Assembly: GCA_965204345.1 (NCBI GenBank)
Contig: OZ241981.1
Span: 416,001-480,000 of the forward strand
Length of the DNA stretch: 64,000 nt
Direction: 5' to 3'
Origin: Nitrosopumilus sp.
GTDB taxonomy: Archaea > Thermoproteota > Nitrososphaeria > Nitrososphaerales > Nitrosopumilaceae
Positions 30,501 through 45,500 of this stretch are shown piece after piece; position 1 is the first letter of the stretch, and the number at the start of each line of letters is the position of its first letter. The notes under the pieces are model-generated. The model did not search any database. It had not been told where the DNA came from and was given only the letters and a program-made list of their open reading frames with translations. Made by a program: the position numbers and the translations under genes.

Positions 30501-33500
30501 ATACATCAAAGGTGTAATCAGCACCAGATCCTGCAAGGTTGGATGCTGCTGGAGTGCCGTCGTTGGCAGTACCTGCTACTGTAATGTCAGCTAGCTCAAA
30601 GTCTGCAACATCCTTGTTGAAGGTTACTGTAAATGGTATTGTAGTAAGATTGGTGTTATCGCCTGCAGTTGTAGCTACAGATACTGTTAGATCAGTGGTG
30701 TCTACTGTGACTGTAACTTGGGTAGATGCCGTGTTGAGGTTGCCTGCGGCATCTGTTGCCACACCTGCTGCAATTGATGCAATTACGGTTCCGTCAGAAG
30801 CTATGTCTGCAACGTTAAAGGTGTATGTGCGGGCATCATCTCCTACAAAGCCGGATGCTGTGAGGGTGCCGTTGTTGGCAGTACCAGTTACTGTAATGTC
30901 AGCTAGCTCAAAGCCCTCAACTGCCTTGTTGAAGGTTACTGTAAATGGTACCGTATCAAGGTTAGTGCTCTCACCTGCAGTTGTAGCTACAGTTGCTGTT
31001 AGAGCTTCAGTGTCTATTGTGACGGTAATTGAGGTAAATGCAGTATTGAGGTTGCCTGCGGCATCTGTTGCCACATCTGCTGCTATGGATACGATCACGG
31101 TTCCGTCTGAGTTTCCGCGTACTACATCAAAGGTGTATTGGTTACCAGATCCTGCAAGGTTTGATGCTGCTGGAGTGCCGTCGTTGGCAGTGCCCGTTAC
31201 TGTAATGTCAGATAGCTCAAAGTCTGCAACTGGCTTGTTGAAGGTTACTGTAAATGGTACCGTATCAAGGTTAGTGTTGTCGCCTGCAGTTGTAGTTACA
31301 GAGACTATTAGAGCTTCAGTGTCTATTGTGACGGTAACTGGGGCAGATGCAGTGTTGGAGTTGCCTGCAAGGTCTGTTGCCACATCTGCTGCAATGGATG
31401 GAATTACGGTTCCGTCTGATGAGCCTCGAGCAACATCAAAGGTGTATGTGCGGGCATTAACTGTTGCAAAGTTGGTTGCTGCCGGATTGGTGCCGTTGAC
31501 AGTGCCTGTTACTGTAATGTCAGCTAGGATAAAGTTCTGGACATCCTCACTGAATGTTGCAGTAAATGTTACTGGATTATCACTGGTACGAGTGCCATCA
31601 GCAGGTGTAATGATTACGGTTGGGACAATGGTGTCTATTGTGACTGTAACTGGGGCAGATGCCACATTGGTGTTCTCTGCGTCATCTGTTGCCACATCTG
31701 CTGCAATGGATACAATTACGGTTCCGTCAGAAGCTATGCCTGCAACGTTAAAGGTGTATGTGCGGGCATCAACTGCTGCAAAGTTGGATGCTGTAAGGGT
31801 GCCGCCGTTTGCGGTGCCTTCTACTGTAATGTCAGCTAGCTCAAAGTCCTCAACAGCTTTGCCAAAGGTTACTGTAAAGGGTACCGTAGCAAGGTTGGTG
31901 GTGTCGCCTGCAGTTGTAGTTACAGAGACTGTTAGAGCTTCAGTGTCTATTGTGACGGTAACTGGGGCAGATGCAGTGTTGGAGTTGCCTGCAAGGTCTG
32001 TTGCCACGCCTGCTGCAATGGATGGAATTACGGTTCCGTCTGATGAGCCTCGAGCAACATCAAAGGTGTATGTGCGGGCATCAACTGTTGCAAAGTTGGT
32101 TGCTGCCGGATTGGTGCCGTTGACAGTGCCTGTTACTGTAATGTCACCTAGCTCAAAGTTCTGGACATCCTCGCTAAAGGTTGCAGTAAATGTTACTGGA
32201 TTATCACTGGTGCGAGTGCCATCAGCAGGTGTAATGGTTACGGTTGGGACAGTGGTGTCTATTGTGACAGTAACAGAACTGGGGGAGGCCACATTGTTGT
32301 TGCCTGCAAGGTCTGTTGCCACATCTGCTGCAATGGATACAGTTACGTCTCCATCAGAAGATATGCCTGCAACGTTAAAGGTGTATGTGCTGGCATCAAC
32401 TGCTACAAAGTCAGTTGCTGTGAGGGTGCCGTTGTTGGCAGTGCCCGTTACTGTAATGTCAGCTATCACAAAGTCATTGACATTCTCATCAAATGTTACT
32501 GTAAATGGTACGGTATCAGCGTTGATAACTGTGGATGTAGTAGTTGTGATGGTTGGTGTTGGGCGTATGCGGTCTACTATAACAGATATTGAGTCAGATG
32601 CCAAATTACCGTTCTCTGCTGCATCAACTGCCAGATTTTCTGGCAGGGTGCCAGATATAGTGGCATCATCCTCGCTGTGCACTATATCAAAGGTGTATGT
32701 GCGGGCATCAACTGTCTGAATGTTGGTTGCATTAATGCCGCCTAGTGCAAAGTCAGCATCAGTGAATCCCGTGACATCCTCGCTAAATGTTACTGTAAAT
32801 GGTATTGTAGTAGAGTTGGTGATGCTAGGTGCACTCAACGCTGCAGTTGGTCTCGCAGTATCAATCTCAACTGTGATCTCATTTGATGCAGTAACGTCAT
32901 TGCCAAAGCTGGTTACAGTTCCTGCAGCTATGGATACAGTTACGGTTCCGTCTGTGGTGCCGCGAACAACATCAAAGGTGTATTCGGTGCCAGAACCTGC
33001 AAGGTTGGATGCTGCTGGAGTGCCGCCGTTGGCAGTACCCGTTACCGTAATGTCACCTAGTTCAAAGTCAGTAACATTCCCGCTAAATGTTGCCGTAAAT
33101 GGTATTGTAGTAGAGTTGGTGACTGGATTGGCAGTTGTGCTCAGGGATACTGTTGGGTTAAGCAGATAGTTTATTGTGAATAGATGGTCGGCAATACGGT
33201 GATCGTCACTTATACTAAGACGTATGTTACATTGCTCTGCTGAATTATCAACTGGATCAAAGGTAATTGTGGTGGCAGGATCACCAAAGGTGACTGTGGA
33301 ATCTGTACAGTCCAGTGATGCAGGACTGTTATCAACAAATAGCAGTTGATCCCCATCCTCATCCTCAAAGATCTCAGTGACATCTAGGGTGACTATGCGG
33401 GATTCGTGTGGCTGCACGTTAATTGTGAGATCGCCTATTACAACAGGCGCATTATTTAGCGTGACTACTATATCGACTGCATATGGGCTGCCAGTACTGG

Positions 33501-36500
33501 TATCTTTACCATCAGAAATGTTAAAGGTGATTGTACATTCCTGTGGACTGAAAGGAGTAAACGATATTGTGCCGCTTTCATGACGTACACCTCCAGAGCA
33601 GGCTCCACTTGCTATGTCAATATACGTTAGCGGATCACCTTCGGGGTCTACAAAGTGGTCATCCAAAGAGAAGGTTATAGGATTCAGTACTGGAATACCT
33701 CCGTTTATTATTGGTCGTACTGCTGGAACCGGTGGCAAAGAGTTGGAGACAGTGGTGTCTATTGTAACAGTAACAGAACTGGGGGAGGCCACATTGTTGT
33801 TGCCTGCAAGGTCTGTTGCCACATCTGCTGCAATGGATACAGTTACGTCTCCATCAGAAGATATGCCTGCAACGTTAAAGGTGTATGTGCTGGCATCAAC
33901 TGCTACAAAGTCAGTTGCTGTGAGGGTGCCGTTGTTGGCAGTGCCCGTTACTGTAATGTCAGCTATCACAAAGTCATTGACATTCTCATCAAATGTTACT
34001 GTAAATGGTACGGTATCAGCGTTGATAACTGTGGATGTAGTAGTTGTGATGGTTGGTGTTGGGCGTATGCGGTCTACTATAACAGATATTGAGTCAGATG
34101 CCAAATTACCGTTCTCTGCTGCATCAACTGCCAGATTTTCTGGCAGGGTGCCAGATATAGTGGCATCATCCTCGCTGTGCACTATATCAAAGGTGTATGT
34201 GCGGGCATCAACTGTCTGAATGTTGGTTGCATTAATGCCGCCTAGTGCAAAGTCAGCATCAGTGAATCCCGTGACATCCTCGCTAAATGTTACTGTAAAT
34301 GGTATTGTAGTAGAGTTGGTGATGCTAGGTGCACTCAACGCTGCAGTTGGTCTCGCAGTATCAATCTCAACTGTGATCTCATTTGATGCAGTAACGTCAT
34401 TGCCAAAGCTGGTTACAGTTCCTGCAGCTATGGATACAGTTACGGTTCCGTCTGTGGTGCCGCGAACAACATCAAAGGTGTATTCGGTGCCAGAACCTGC
34501 AAGGTTGGATGCTGCTGGAGTGCCGCCGTTGGCAGTACCCGTTACCGTAATGTCACCTAGTTCAAAGTCAGTAACATTCCCGCTAAATGTTGCCGTAAAT
34601 GGTATTGTAGTAGAGTTGGTGACTGGATTGGCAGTTGTGCTCAGGGATACTGTTGGGTTAAGCAGATAGTTTATTGTGAATAGATGGTCGGCAATACGGT
34701 GATCGTCACTTATACTAAGACGTATGTTACATTGCTCTGCTGAATTATCAACTGGATCAAAGGTAATTGTGGTGGCAGGATCACCAAAGGTGACTGTGGA
34801 ATCTGTACAGTCCAGTGATGCAGGACTGTTATCAACAAATAGCAGTTGATCCCCATCCTCATCCTCAAAGATCTCAGTGACATCTAGGGTGACTATGCGG
34901 GATTCGTGTGGCTGCACGTTAATTGTGAGATCGCCTATTACAACAGGCGCATTATTTAGCGTGACTACTATATCGACTGCATATGGGCTGCCAGTACTGG
35001 TATCTTTACCATCAGAAATGTTAAAGGTGATTGTACATTCCTGTGGACTGAAAGGAGTAAACGATATTGTGCCGCTTTCATGACGTACACCTCCAGAGCA
35101 GGCTCCACTTGCTATGTCAATATACGTTAGCGGATCACCTTCGGGGTCTACAAAGTGGTCATCCAAAGAGAAGGTTATAGGATTCAGTACTGGAATACCT
35201 CCGTTTATTATTGGTCGTACTGCTGGAACCGGTGGCAAAGAGTTGGAGACAGTGGTGTCTATTGTAACAGTAACAGAACTGGGGGAGGCCACATTGTTGT
35301 TGCCTGCAAGGTCTGTTGCCACATCTGCTGCAATGGATACAGTTACGTCTCCATCAGAAGATATGCCTGCAACGTTAAAGGTGTATGTGCTGGCATCAAC
35401 TGCTACAAAGTCAGTTGCTGTGAGGGTGCCGTTGTTGGCAGTGCCCGTTACTGTAATGTCAGCTATCACAAAGTCATTGACATTCTCATCAAATGTTACT
35501 GTAAATGGTACGGTATCAGCGTTGATAACTGTGGATGTAGTAGTTGTGATGGTTGGTGTTGGGCGTATGCGGTCTACTATAACAGATATTGAGTCAGATG
35601 CCAAATTACCGTTCTCTGCTGCATCAACTGCCAGATTTTCTGGCAGGGTGCCAGATATAGTGGCATCATCCTCGCTGTGCACTATATCAAAGGTGTATGT
35701 GCGGGCATCAACTGTCTGAATGTTGGTTGCATTAATGCCGCCTAGTGCAAAGTCAGCATCAGTGAATCCCGTGACATCCTCGCTAAATGTTACTGTAAAT
35801 GGTATTGTAGTAGAGTTGGTGATGCTAGGTGCACTCAACGCTGCAGTTGGTCTCGCAGTATCAATCTCAACTGTGATCTCATTTGATGCAGTAACGTCAT
35901 TGCCAAAGCTGGTTACAGTTCCTGCAGCTATGGATACAGTTACGGTTCCGTCTGTGGTGCCGCGAACAACATCAAAGGTGTATTCGGTGCCAGAACCTGC
36001 AAGGTTGGATGCTGCTGGAGTGCCGCCGTTGGCAGTACCCGTTACCGTAATGTCACCTAGTTCAAAGTCAGTAACATTCCCGCTAAATGTTGCCGTAAAT
36101 GGTATTGTAGTAGAGCTGGTGACTGGATTGGCAGTTGTGCTCAGGGATACTGTTGGGTTAAGCAGATAGTTTATTGTGAATAGATGGTCGGCAATACGGT
36201 GATTGTCACTTATACTAAGACGTATGTTACATTGCTCTGCTGAATTATCAACTGGATCAAAGGTAATTGTGGTGGCAGGATCACCAAAGGTGACTGTGGA
36301 ATCTGTACAGTCCAGTGATGCAGGACTGTTATCAACAAATAGCAGTTGATCCCCATCCTCATCCTCAAAGATCTCAGTGACATCTAGGGTGACTATGCGG
36401 GATTCGTGTGGCTGCACGTTAATTGTGAGATCGCCTATTACAACAGGCGCATTATTTAGCGTGACTACTATATCGACTGCATATGGGCTGCCAGTACTGG

Positions 36501-39500
36501 TATCTTTACCATCAGAAATGTTAAAGGTGATTGTACATTCCTGTGGACTGAAAGGAGTAAACGATATTGTGCCGCTTTCATGACGTACACCTCCAGAGCA
36601 GGCTCCACTTGCTATGTCAATATACGTTAGCGGATCACCTTCGGGGTCTACAAAGTGGTCATCCAAAGAGAAGGTTATAGGATTCAGTACTGGAATACCT
36701 CCGTTTATTATTGGTCGTACTGCTGGAACCGGTGGCAAAGAGTTGGAGACAGTGGTGTCTATTGTAACAGTAACAGAACTGGGGGAGGCCACATTGTTGT
36801 TGCCTGCAAGGTCTGTTGCCACATCTGCTGCAATGGATACAGTTACGTCTCCATCAGAAGATATGCCTGCAACGTTAAAGGTGTATGTGCTGGCATCAAC
36901 TGCTACAAAGTCAGTTGCTGTGAGGGTGCCGTTGTTGGCAGTGCCCGTTACTGTAATGTCAGCTATCACAAAGTCATTGACATTCTCATCAAATGTTACT
37001 GTAAATGGTACGGTATCAGCGTTGATAACTGTGGATGTAGTAGTTGTGATGGTTGGTGTTGGGCGTATGCGGTCTACTATAACAGATATTGAGTCAGATG
37101 CCAAATTACCGTTCTCTGCTGCATCAACTGCCAGATTTTCTGGCAGGGTGCCAGATATAGTGGCATCATCCTCGCTGTGCACTATATCAAAGGTGTATGT
37201 GCGGGCATCAACTGTCTGAATGTTGGTTGCATTAATGCCGCCTAGTGCAAAGTCAGCATCAGTGAATCCCGTGACATCCTCGCTAAATGTTACTGTAAAT
37301 GGTATTGTAGTAGAGTTGGTGATGCTAGGTGCACTCAACGCTGCAGTTGGTCTCGCAGTATCAATCTCAACTGTGATCTCATTTGATGCAGTAACGTCAT
37401 TGCCAAAGCTGGTTACAGTTCCTGCAGCTATGGATACAGTTACGGTTCCGTCTGTGGTGCCGCGAACAACATCAAAGGTGTATTCGGTGCCAGAACCTGC
37501 AAGGTTGGATGCTGCTGGAGTGCCGCCGTTGGCAGTACCCGTTACCGTAATGTCACCTAGTTCAAAGTCAGTAACATTCCCGCTAAATGTTGCCGTAAAT
37601 GGTATTGTAGTAGAGTTGGTGACTGGATTGGCAGTTGTGCTCAGGGATACTGTTGGGTTAAGCAGATAGTTTATTGTGAATAGATGGTCGGCAATACGGT
37701 GATCGTCACTTATACTAAGACGTATGTTACATTGCTCTGCTGAATTATCAACTGGATCAAAGGTAATTGTGGTGGCAGGATCACCAAAGGTGACTGTGGA
37801 ATCTGTACAGTCCAGTGATGCAGGACTGTTATCAACAAATAGCAGTTGATCCCCATCCTCATCCTCAAAGATCTCAGTGACATCTAGGGTGACTATGCGG
37901 GATTCGTGTGGCTGCACGTTAATTGTGAGATCGCCTATTACAACAGGCGCATTATTTAGCGTGACTACTATATCGACTGCATATGGGCTGCCAGTACTGG
38001 TATCTTTACCATCAGAAATGTTAAAGGTGATTGTACATTCCTGTGGACTGAAAGGAGTAAACGATATTGTGCCGCTTTCATGACGTACACCTCCAGAGCA
38101 GGCTCCACTTGCTATGTCAATATACGTTAGCGGATCACCTTCGGGGTCTACAAAGTGGTCATCCAAAGAGAAGGTTATAGGATTCAGTACTGGAATACCT
38201 CCGTTTATTATTGGTCGTACTGCTGGAACCGGTGGCAAAGAGTTGGAGACAGTGGTGTCTATTGTAACAGTAACAGAACTGGGGGAGGCCACATTGTTGT
38301 TGCCTGCAAGGTCTGTTGCCACATCTGCTGCAATGGATACAGTTACGTCTCCATCAGAAGATATGCCTGCAACGTTAAAGGTGTATGTGCTGGCATCAAC
38401 TGCTACAAAGTCAGTTGCTGTGAGGGTGCCGTTGTTGGCAGTGCCCGTTACTGTAATGTCAGCTATCACAAAGTCATTGACATTCTCATCAAATGTTACT
38501 GTAAATGGTACGGTATCAGCGTTGATAACTGTGGATGTAGTAGTTGTGATGGTTGGTGTTGGGCGTATGCGGTCTACTATAACAGATATTGAGTCAGATG
38601 CCAAATTACCGTTCTCTGCTGCATCAACTGCCAGATTTTCTGGCAGGGTGCCAGATATAGTGGCATCATCCTCGCTGTGCACTATATCAAAGGTGTATGT
38701 GCGGGCATCAACTGTCTGAATGTTGGTTGCATTAATGCCGCCTAGTGCAAAGTCAGCATCAGTGAATCCCGTGACATCCTCGCTAAATGTTACTGTAAAT
38801 GGTATTGTAGTAGAGTTGGTGATGCTAGGTGCACTCAACGCTGCAGTTGGTCTCGCAGTATCAATCTCAACTGTGATCTCATTTGATGCAGTAACGTCAT
38901 TGCCAAAGCTGGTTACAGTTCCTGCAGCTATGGATACAGTTACGGTTCCGTCTGTGGTGCCGCGAACAACATCAAAGGTGTATTCGGTGCCAGAACCTGC
39001 AAGGTTGGATGCTGCTGGAGTGCCGCCGTTGGCAGTACCCGTTACCGTAATGTCACCTAGTTCAAAGTCAGTAACATTCCCGCTAAATGTTGCCGTAAAT
39101 GGTATTGTAGTAGAGTTGGTGACTGGATTGGCAGTTGTGCTCAGGGATACTGTTGGGTTAAGCAGATAGTTTATTGTGAATAGATGGTCGGCAATACGGT
39201 GATCGTCACTTATACTAAGACGTATGTTACATTGCTCTGCTGAATTATCAACTGGATCAAAGGTAATTGTGGTGGCAGGATCACCAAAGGTGACTGTGGA
39301 ATCTGTACAGTCCAGTGATGCAGGACTGTTATCAACAAATAGCAGTTGATCCCCATCCTCATCCTCAAAGATCTCAGTGACATCTAGGGTGACTATGCGG
39401 GATTCGTGTGGCTGCACGTTAATTGTGAGATCGCCTATTACAACAGGCGCATTATTTAGCGTGACTACTATATCGACTGCATATGGGCTGCCAGTACTGG

Positions 39501-42500
39501 TATCTTTACCATCAGAAATGTTAAAGGTGATTGTACATTCCTGTGGACTGAAAGGAGTAAACGATATTGTGCCGCTTTCATGACGTACACCTCCAGAGCA
39601 GGCTCCACTTGCTATGTCAATATACGTTAGCGGATCACCTTCGGGGTCTACAAAGTGGTCATCCAAAGAGAAGGTTATAGGATTCAGTACTGGAATACCT
39701 CCGTTTATTATTGGTCGTACTGCTGGAACCGGTGGCAAAGAGTTGGAGACAGTGGTGTCTATTGTAACAGTAACAGAACTGGGGGAGGCCACATTGTTGT
39801 TGCCTGCAAGGTCTGTTGCCACATCTGCTGCAATGGATACAGTTACGTCTCCATCAGAAGATATGCCTGCAACGTTAAAGGTGTATGTGCTGGCATCAAC
39901 TGCTACAAAGTCAGTTGCTGTGAGGGTGCCGTTGTTGGCAGTGCCCGTTACTGTAATGTCAGCTATCACAAAGTCATTGACATTCTCATCAAATGTTACT
40001 GTAAATGGTACGGTATCAGCGTTGATAACTGTGGATGTAGTAGTTGTGATGGTTGGTGTTGGGCGTATGCGGTCTACTATAACAGATATTGAGTCAGATG
40101 CCAAATTACCGTTCTCTGCTGCATCAACTGCCAGATTTTCTGGCAGGGTGCCAGATATAGTGGCATCATCCTCGCTGTGCACTATATCAAAGGTGTATGT
40201 GCGGGCATCAACTGTCTGAATGTTGGTTGCATTAATGCCGCCTAGTGCAAAGTCAGCATCAGTGAATCCCGTGACATCCTCGCTAAATGTTACTGTAAAT
40301 GGTATTGTAGTAGAGTTGGTGATGCTAGGTGCACTCAACGCTGCAGTTGGTCTCGCAGTATCAATCTCAACTGTGATCTCATTTGATGCAGTAACGTCAT
40401 TGCCAAAGCTGGTTACAGTTCCTGCAGCTATGGATACAGTTACGGTTCCGTCTGTGGTGCCGCGAACAACATCAAAGGTGTATTCGGTGCCAGAACCTGC
40501 AAGGTTGGATGCTGCTGGAGTGCCGCCGTTGGCAGTACCCGTTACCGTAATGTCACCTAGTTCAAAGTCAGTAACATTCCCGCTAAATGTTGCCGTAAAT
40601 GGTATTGTAGTAGAGCTGGTGACTGGATTGGCAGTTGTGCTCAGGGATACTGTTGGGTTAAGCAGATAGTTTATTGTGAATAGATGGTCGGCAATACGGT
40701 GATTGTCACTTATACTAAGACGTATGTTACATTGCTCTGCTGAATTATCAACTGGATCAAAGGTAATTGTGGTGGCAGGATCACCAAAGGTGACTGTGGA
40801 ATCTGTACAGTCCAGTGATGCAGGACTGTTATCAACAAATAGCAGTTGATCCCCATCCTCATCCTCAAAGATCTCAGTGACATCTAGGGTGACTATGCGG
40901 GATTCGTGTGGCTGCACGTTAATTGTGAGATCGCCTATTACAACAGGCGCATTATTTAGCGTGACTACTATATCGACTGCATATGGGCTGCCAGTACTGG
41001 TATCTTTACCATCAGAAATGTTAAAGGTGATTGTACATTCCTGTGGACTGAAAGGAGTAAACGATATTGTGCCGCTTTCATGACGTACACCTCCAGAGCA
41101 GGCTCCACTTGCTATGTCAATATACGTTAGCGGATCACCTTCGGGGTCTACAAAGTGGTCATCCAAAGAGAAGGTTATAGGATTCAGTACTGGAATACCT
41201 CCGTTTATTATTGGTCGTACTGCTGGAACCGGTGGCAAAGAGTTGGAGACAGTGGTGTCTATTGTAACAGTAACAGAACTGGGGGAGGCCACATTGTTGT
41301 TGCCTGCAAGGTCTGTTGCCACATCTGCTGCAATGGATACAGTTACGTCTCCATCAGAAGATATGCCTGCAACGTTAAAGGTGTATGTGCTGGCATCAAC
41401 TGCTACAAAGTCAGTTGCTGTGAGGGTGCCGTTGTTGGCAGTGCCCGTTACTGTAATGTCAGCTATCACAAAGTCATTGACATTCTCATCAAATGTTACT
41501 GTAAATGGTACGGTATCAGCGTTGATAACTGTGGATGTAGTAGTTGTGATGGTTGGTGTTGGGCGTATGCGGTCTACTATAACAGATATTGAGTCAGATG
41601 CCAAATTACCGTTCTCTGCTGCATCAACTGCCAGATTTTCTGGCAGGGTGCCAGATATAGTGGCATCATCCTCGCTGTGCACTATATCAAAGGTGTATGT
41701 GCGGGCATCAACTGTCTGAATGTTGGTTGCATTAATGCCGCCTAGTGCAAAGTCAGCATCAGTGAATCCCGTGACATCCTCGCTAAATGTTACTGTAAAT
41801 GGTATTGTAGTAGAGTTGGTGATGCTAGGTGCACTCAACGCTGCAGTTGGTCTCGCAGTATCAATCTCAACTGTGATCTCATTTGATGCAGTAACGTCAT
41901 TGCCAAAGCTGGTTACAGTTCCTGCAGCTATGGATACAGTTACGGTTCCGTCTGTGGTGCCGCGAACAACATCAAAGGTGTATTCGGTGCCAGAACCTGC
42001 AAGGTTGGATGCTGCTGGAGTGCCGCCGTTGGCAGTACCCGTTACCGTAATGTCACCTAGTTCAAAGTCAGTAACATTCCCGCTAAATGTTGCCGTAAAT
42101 GGTATTGTAGTAGAGCTGGTGACTGGATTGGCAGTTGTGCTCAGGGATACTGTTGGGTTAAGCAGATAGTTTATTGTGAATAGATGGTCGGCAATACGGT
42201 GATTGTCACTTATACTAAGACGTATGTTACATTGCTCTGCTAAATTATCAACTGGATCAAAGGTAATTGTGGTGGCAGGATCACCAAAGGTGACTGTGGA
42301 ATCTGTACAGTCCAGTGATGCAGGACTGTTATCAACAAATAGCAGTTGATCCCCATCCTCATCCTCAAAGATCTCAGTGACATCTAGGGTGACTATGCGG
42401 GATTCGTGTGGCTGCACGTTAATTGTGAGATCGCCTATTACAACAGGCGCATTATTTAGCGTGACTACTATATCGACTGCATATGGGCTGCCAGTACTGG

Positions 42501-45500
42501 TATCTTTACCATCAGAAATGTTAAAGGTGATTGTACATTCCTGTGGACTGAAAGGAGTAAACGATATTGTGCCGCTTTCATGACGTACACCTCCAGAGCA
42601 GGCTCCACTTGCTATGTCAATATACGTTAGCGGATCACCTTCGGGGTCTACAAAGTGGTCATCCAAAGAGAAGGTTATAGGATTCAGTACTGGAATACCT
42701 CCGTTTATTATTGGTCGTACTGCTGGAACCGGTGGCAAAGAGTTGGAGACAGTGGTGTCTATTGTGACAGTAGTAGCAAATGCCTCGTTGGTGTTGCCTG
42801 CAGCATCAGTTATTGTATCTGCTGCTATTGACACAGTTACGGTTCCGTCTGTCGAGCCTCGAGCAACATCAAAGGTGTATGTGCGGGCATTAACTGTTAC
42901 AAAGTTGGCCGCTGTCGGATTGGTGCCGTTTGCAGTACCTGTTACTGTAATATCATCTAGGATAAAGTTCTGGACATCCTCACTGAATGTTGCAGTAAAT
43001 GTTACTGGGTCATCAGCAGTGATGGTGCCATTGATGGGCGTAATGGATACGGTTGGAACTATTCTGTCCACTGTGAGTGTAGTGGTACTTGCCGTGTTGC
43101 CCCCTGCTACCGCACCGTCAGGTATTGTTACTGTTAGTTCACCTTGTGTGGCGATGCCGTGTGTGACTGTAAAGGCATAGTCAGTACCGTTTCCACTAAA
43201 TGCAGATATCAGGTTGGGTGTTTCGGTTCCGTTAATTGCCACGACAATATCAGACTGTACGAATCCTGTGACGTCACTGCCAAATGTTGCAGTAAATGGT
43301 ATGGTCTCAAGGTTGGTGATTGGATTGGCAGTCGTGCTCAGAGATACTGTAACAGCAGACACATACTGTATCGTGATATCATAGATGGCATCATCTCTGT
43401 TGCCGTCATTGACACGAACACGTACCTCACATTGCTCTGCTGAATCATCATTTGGATCAAAGCTTAGCGTGGTGGGAGGATCTTGTACGGTTATTATGGC
43501 AGATGTGCAGTCATTTGACTCATGGCCAGTAGCCGAAAATGCTAGTTCCTTGTTGTCTTCAAAGAGTTCATTGACATCTAAGACGACTGTACGAGATTGG
43601 TCTGGCTGTACCTCAATGTTGAGATCAGTTATTATGGTTGGTATAGGATCAAATTCTACTATTATGGTGACTGCATATGCCCCGCCAGTGCTGGCATCGG
43701 TTCCATCAGAAATGTCAAAGGAGATGGTACATGTATGTACAAAGAAGGGAAGAAACTCAAATATGCCGCCGTTGGACTCTTGTGTTATTCGTGCGCCACA
43801 GTCTTCTGTCGTGATGGTGTATGAAAGCGTATCACCGTCGGGGTCTGTAAAGTGATCATCTAGAGAGAATGTTGGAGGAGTTAATGTGGGGCGCTCTAGG
43901 GTTATAACGGGTGGTACTGCTGGAACCGGTGGCAAAAAGTTGGAGACAGTAGTATCTATTGTAACAGTAGTAGCAAATGCCTCGTTGGTGTTGCCTGCAG
44001 CATCAGTTATTGTATCTGCTGCTATTGACACAGTTACGGTTCCGTCTGTCGAGCCTCGAGCAACATCAAAGGTGTATGTATTGCCAGAGCCCTCAAAGCT
44101 GGATATAGCAGGAGTGCCGCCGTTGGCAGTACCAGTTACTGTAATGTCTCCTGATGTCAAGTCCTCAACAACATTCTCAGTAAGGGTTATGGTAAATTCT
44201 ACAGGATTGGAATTGGTGATGGTGCCATTGGCAGGTACGGCAGTTATGCCCGGATTATCAGTGTCTATTGTGACAGTAACAGAACTGGGGGAGGCCACAT
44301 TGTTGTTGCCTGCAAGGTCTGTTAGCATATCTGCATCTATGGATACGGTTACGGTTCCGTCTGTGGTACCGCGAGCAACATCAAAGGTGTATACACTGCC
44401 AGATCCTACAAGGTTGGATGCTGCGGGACTTCCGCCGTTTGCAGTACCAGTTACTGTAATGTCATCTAGCTCAAAGCTTGGAACATCCTCATCAAAGTTT
44501 ACTTTAAAGGGTACGGTCTCAGCGTTGGTAAGTGTGGATGCAGTAGTTGTGATGCTTGGAGTTGGGGGCGTAAAGTCAAGGGTAATTTGTATTATAGAAG
44601 AGGGACCATTACCGTTGCCTGCCGCATCAAATGCTACATTTGATGGTAGGCTTGGACTAAAAGTGCCATCAGTAAAGCTGTGCACGATATCAAATTGGTA
44701 ATTCCTGTCAGATCCCCTAAGGTTGGTTGCCTGAACACCGGCTAGTGAAAATTCAGCTTCATTGAATCCAAAGACAGTCTCGGCAAATACTACGCCAAAT
44801 GTTAGTGTGTTAGAGTTGGCATAACGGGGGTGAATTAATGATACGGTTGGTATCTTGGTATCAATCTCAACTGTGACCTCGTTTGATGCAGTAACCCCAA
44901 CACCACCGCTGGTTACAGTTCCTGCAGCAATGGATACGGTTACGGTTCCGTCTGTGGTGCCGCGAACAACATCAAAGGTGTATTCGGTGCCAGATCCTGT
45001 AAGGTTGGATGCTACGGGAGTGCCGCCGTTGGCAGTACCAGTTACTGTAATGTCACCTAGTTCAAAGTCAGTAACATTCCCGCTAAATGTTGCAGTAAAT
45101 GATATTGTGTCAAGGTTGCTGATTGGGTTGGCAGTTGTGCTCAAAAGTACAGTTGAGGCAGGTCCAGAGGCAGAAAATGAGCCAAATGAGCTAAAGTGTG
45201 TGGTCCAGATTATCATATCAGAGCCTGCACGAGTAAAACAGGATTCCAACGCAGTGCCAGCTGCAAGATTAGTATTGGCATTGTCTTGATTGACAGGAAC
45301 AAACGAGCACTCAGTTAGCGGTCGTGATACCACAAGTCCATCAGCATCTTCTCCTGAGAAAAAGGCACCATCCTGCCCTGCCTGTCCAGGCAACAGTAAC
45401 CTGACTGCCTGATCAAATGTCAATCTATTGTTGCCATCACCGACTGAGAATACAAGTCCTGTCACATCATTGTCCGGACTTGGTGGAGCAGCAGTAGAGA

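Noticed and set aside
33655-41592. Repeated 145-aa Cys/Tyr-rich + strand ORFs that resemble toxins or metallothioneins
   Set aside because: Off-frame antisense translations of the 1500-bp units; the Cys richness comes from ACA/GCA triplets on the coding strand.
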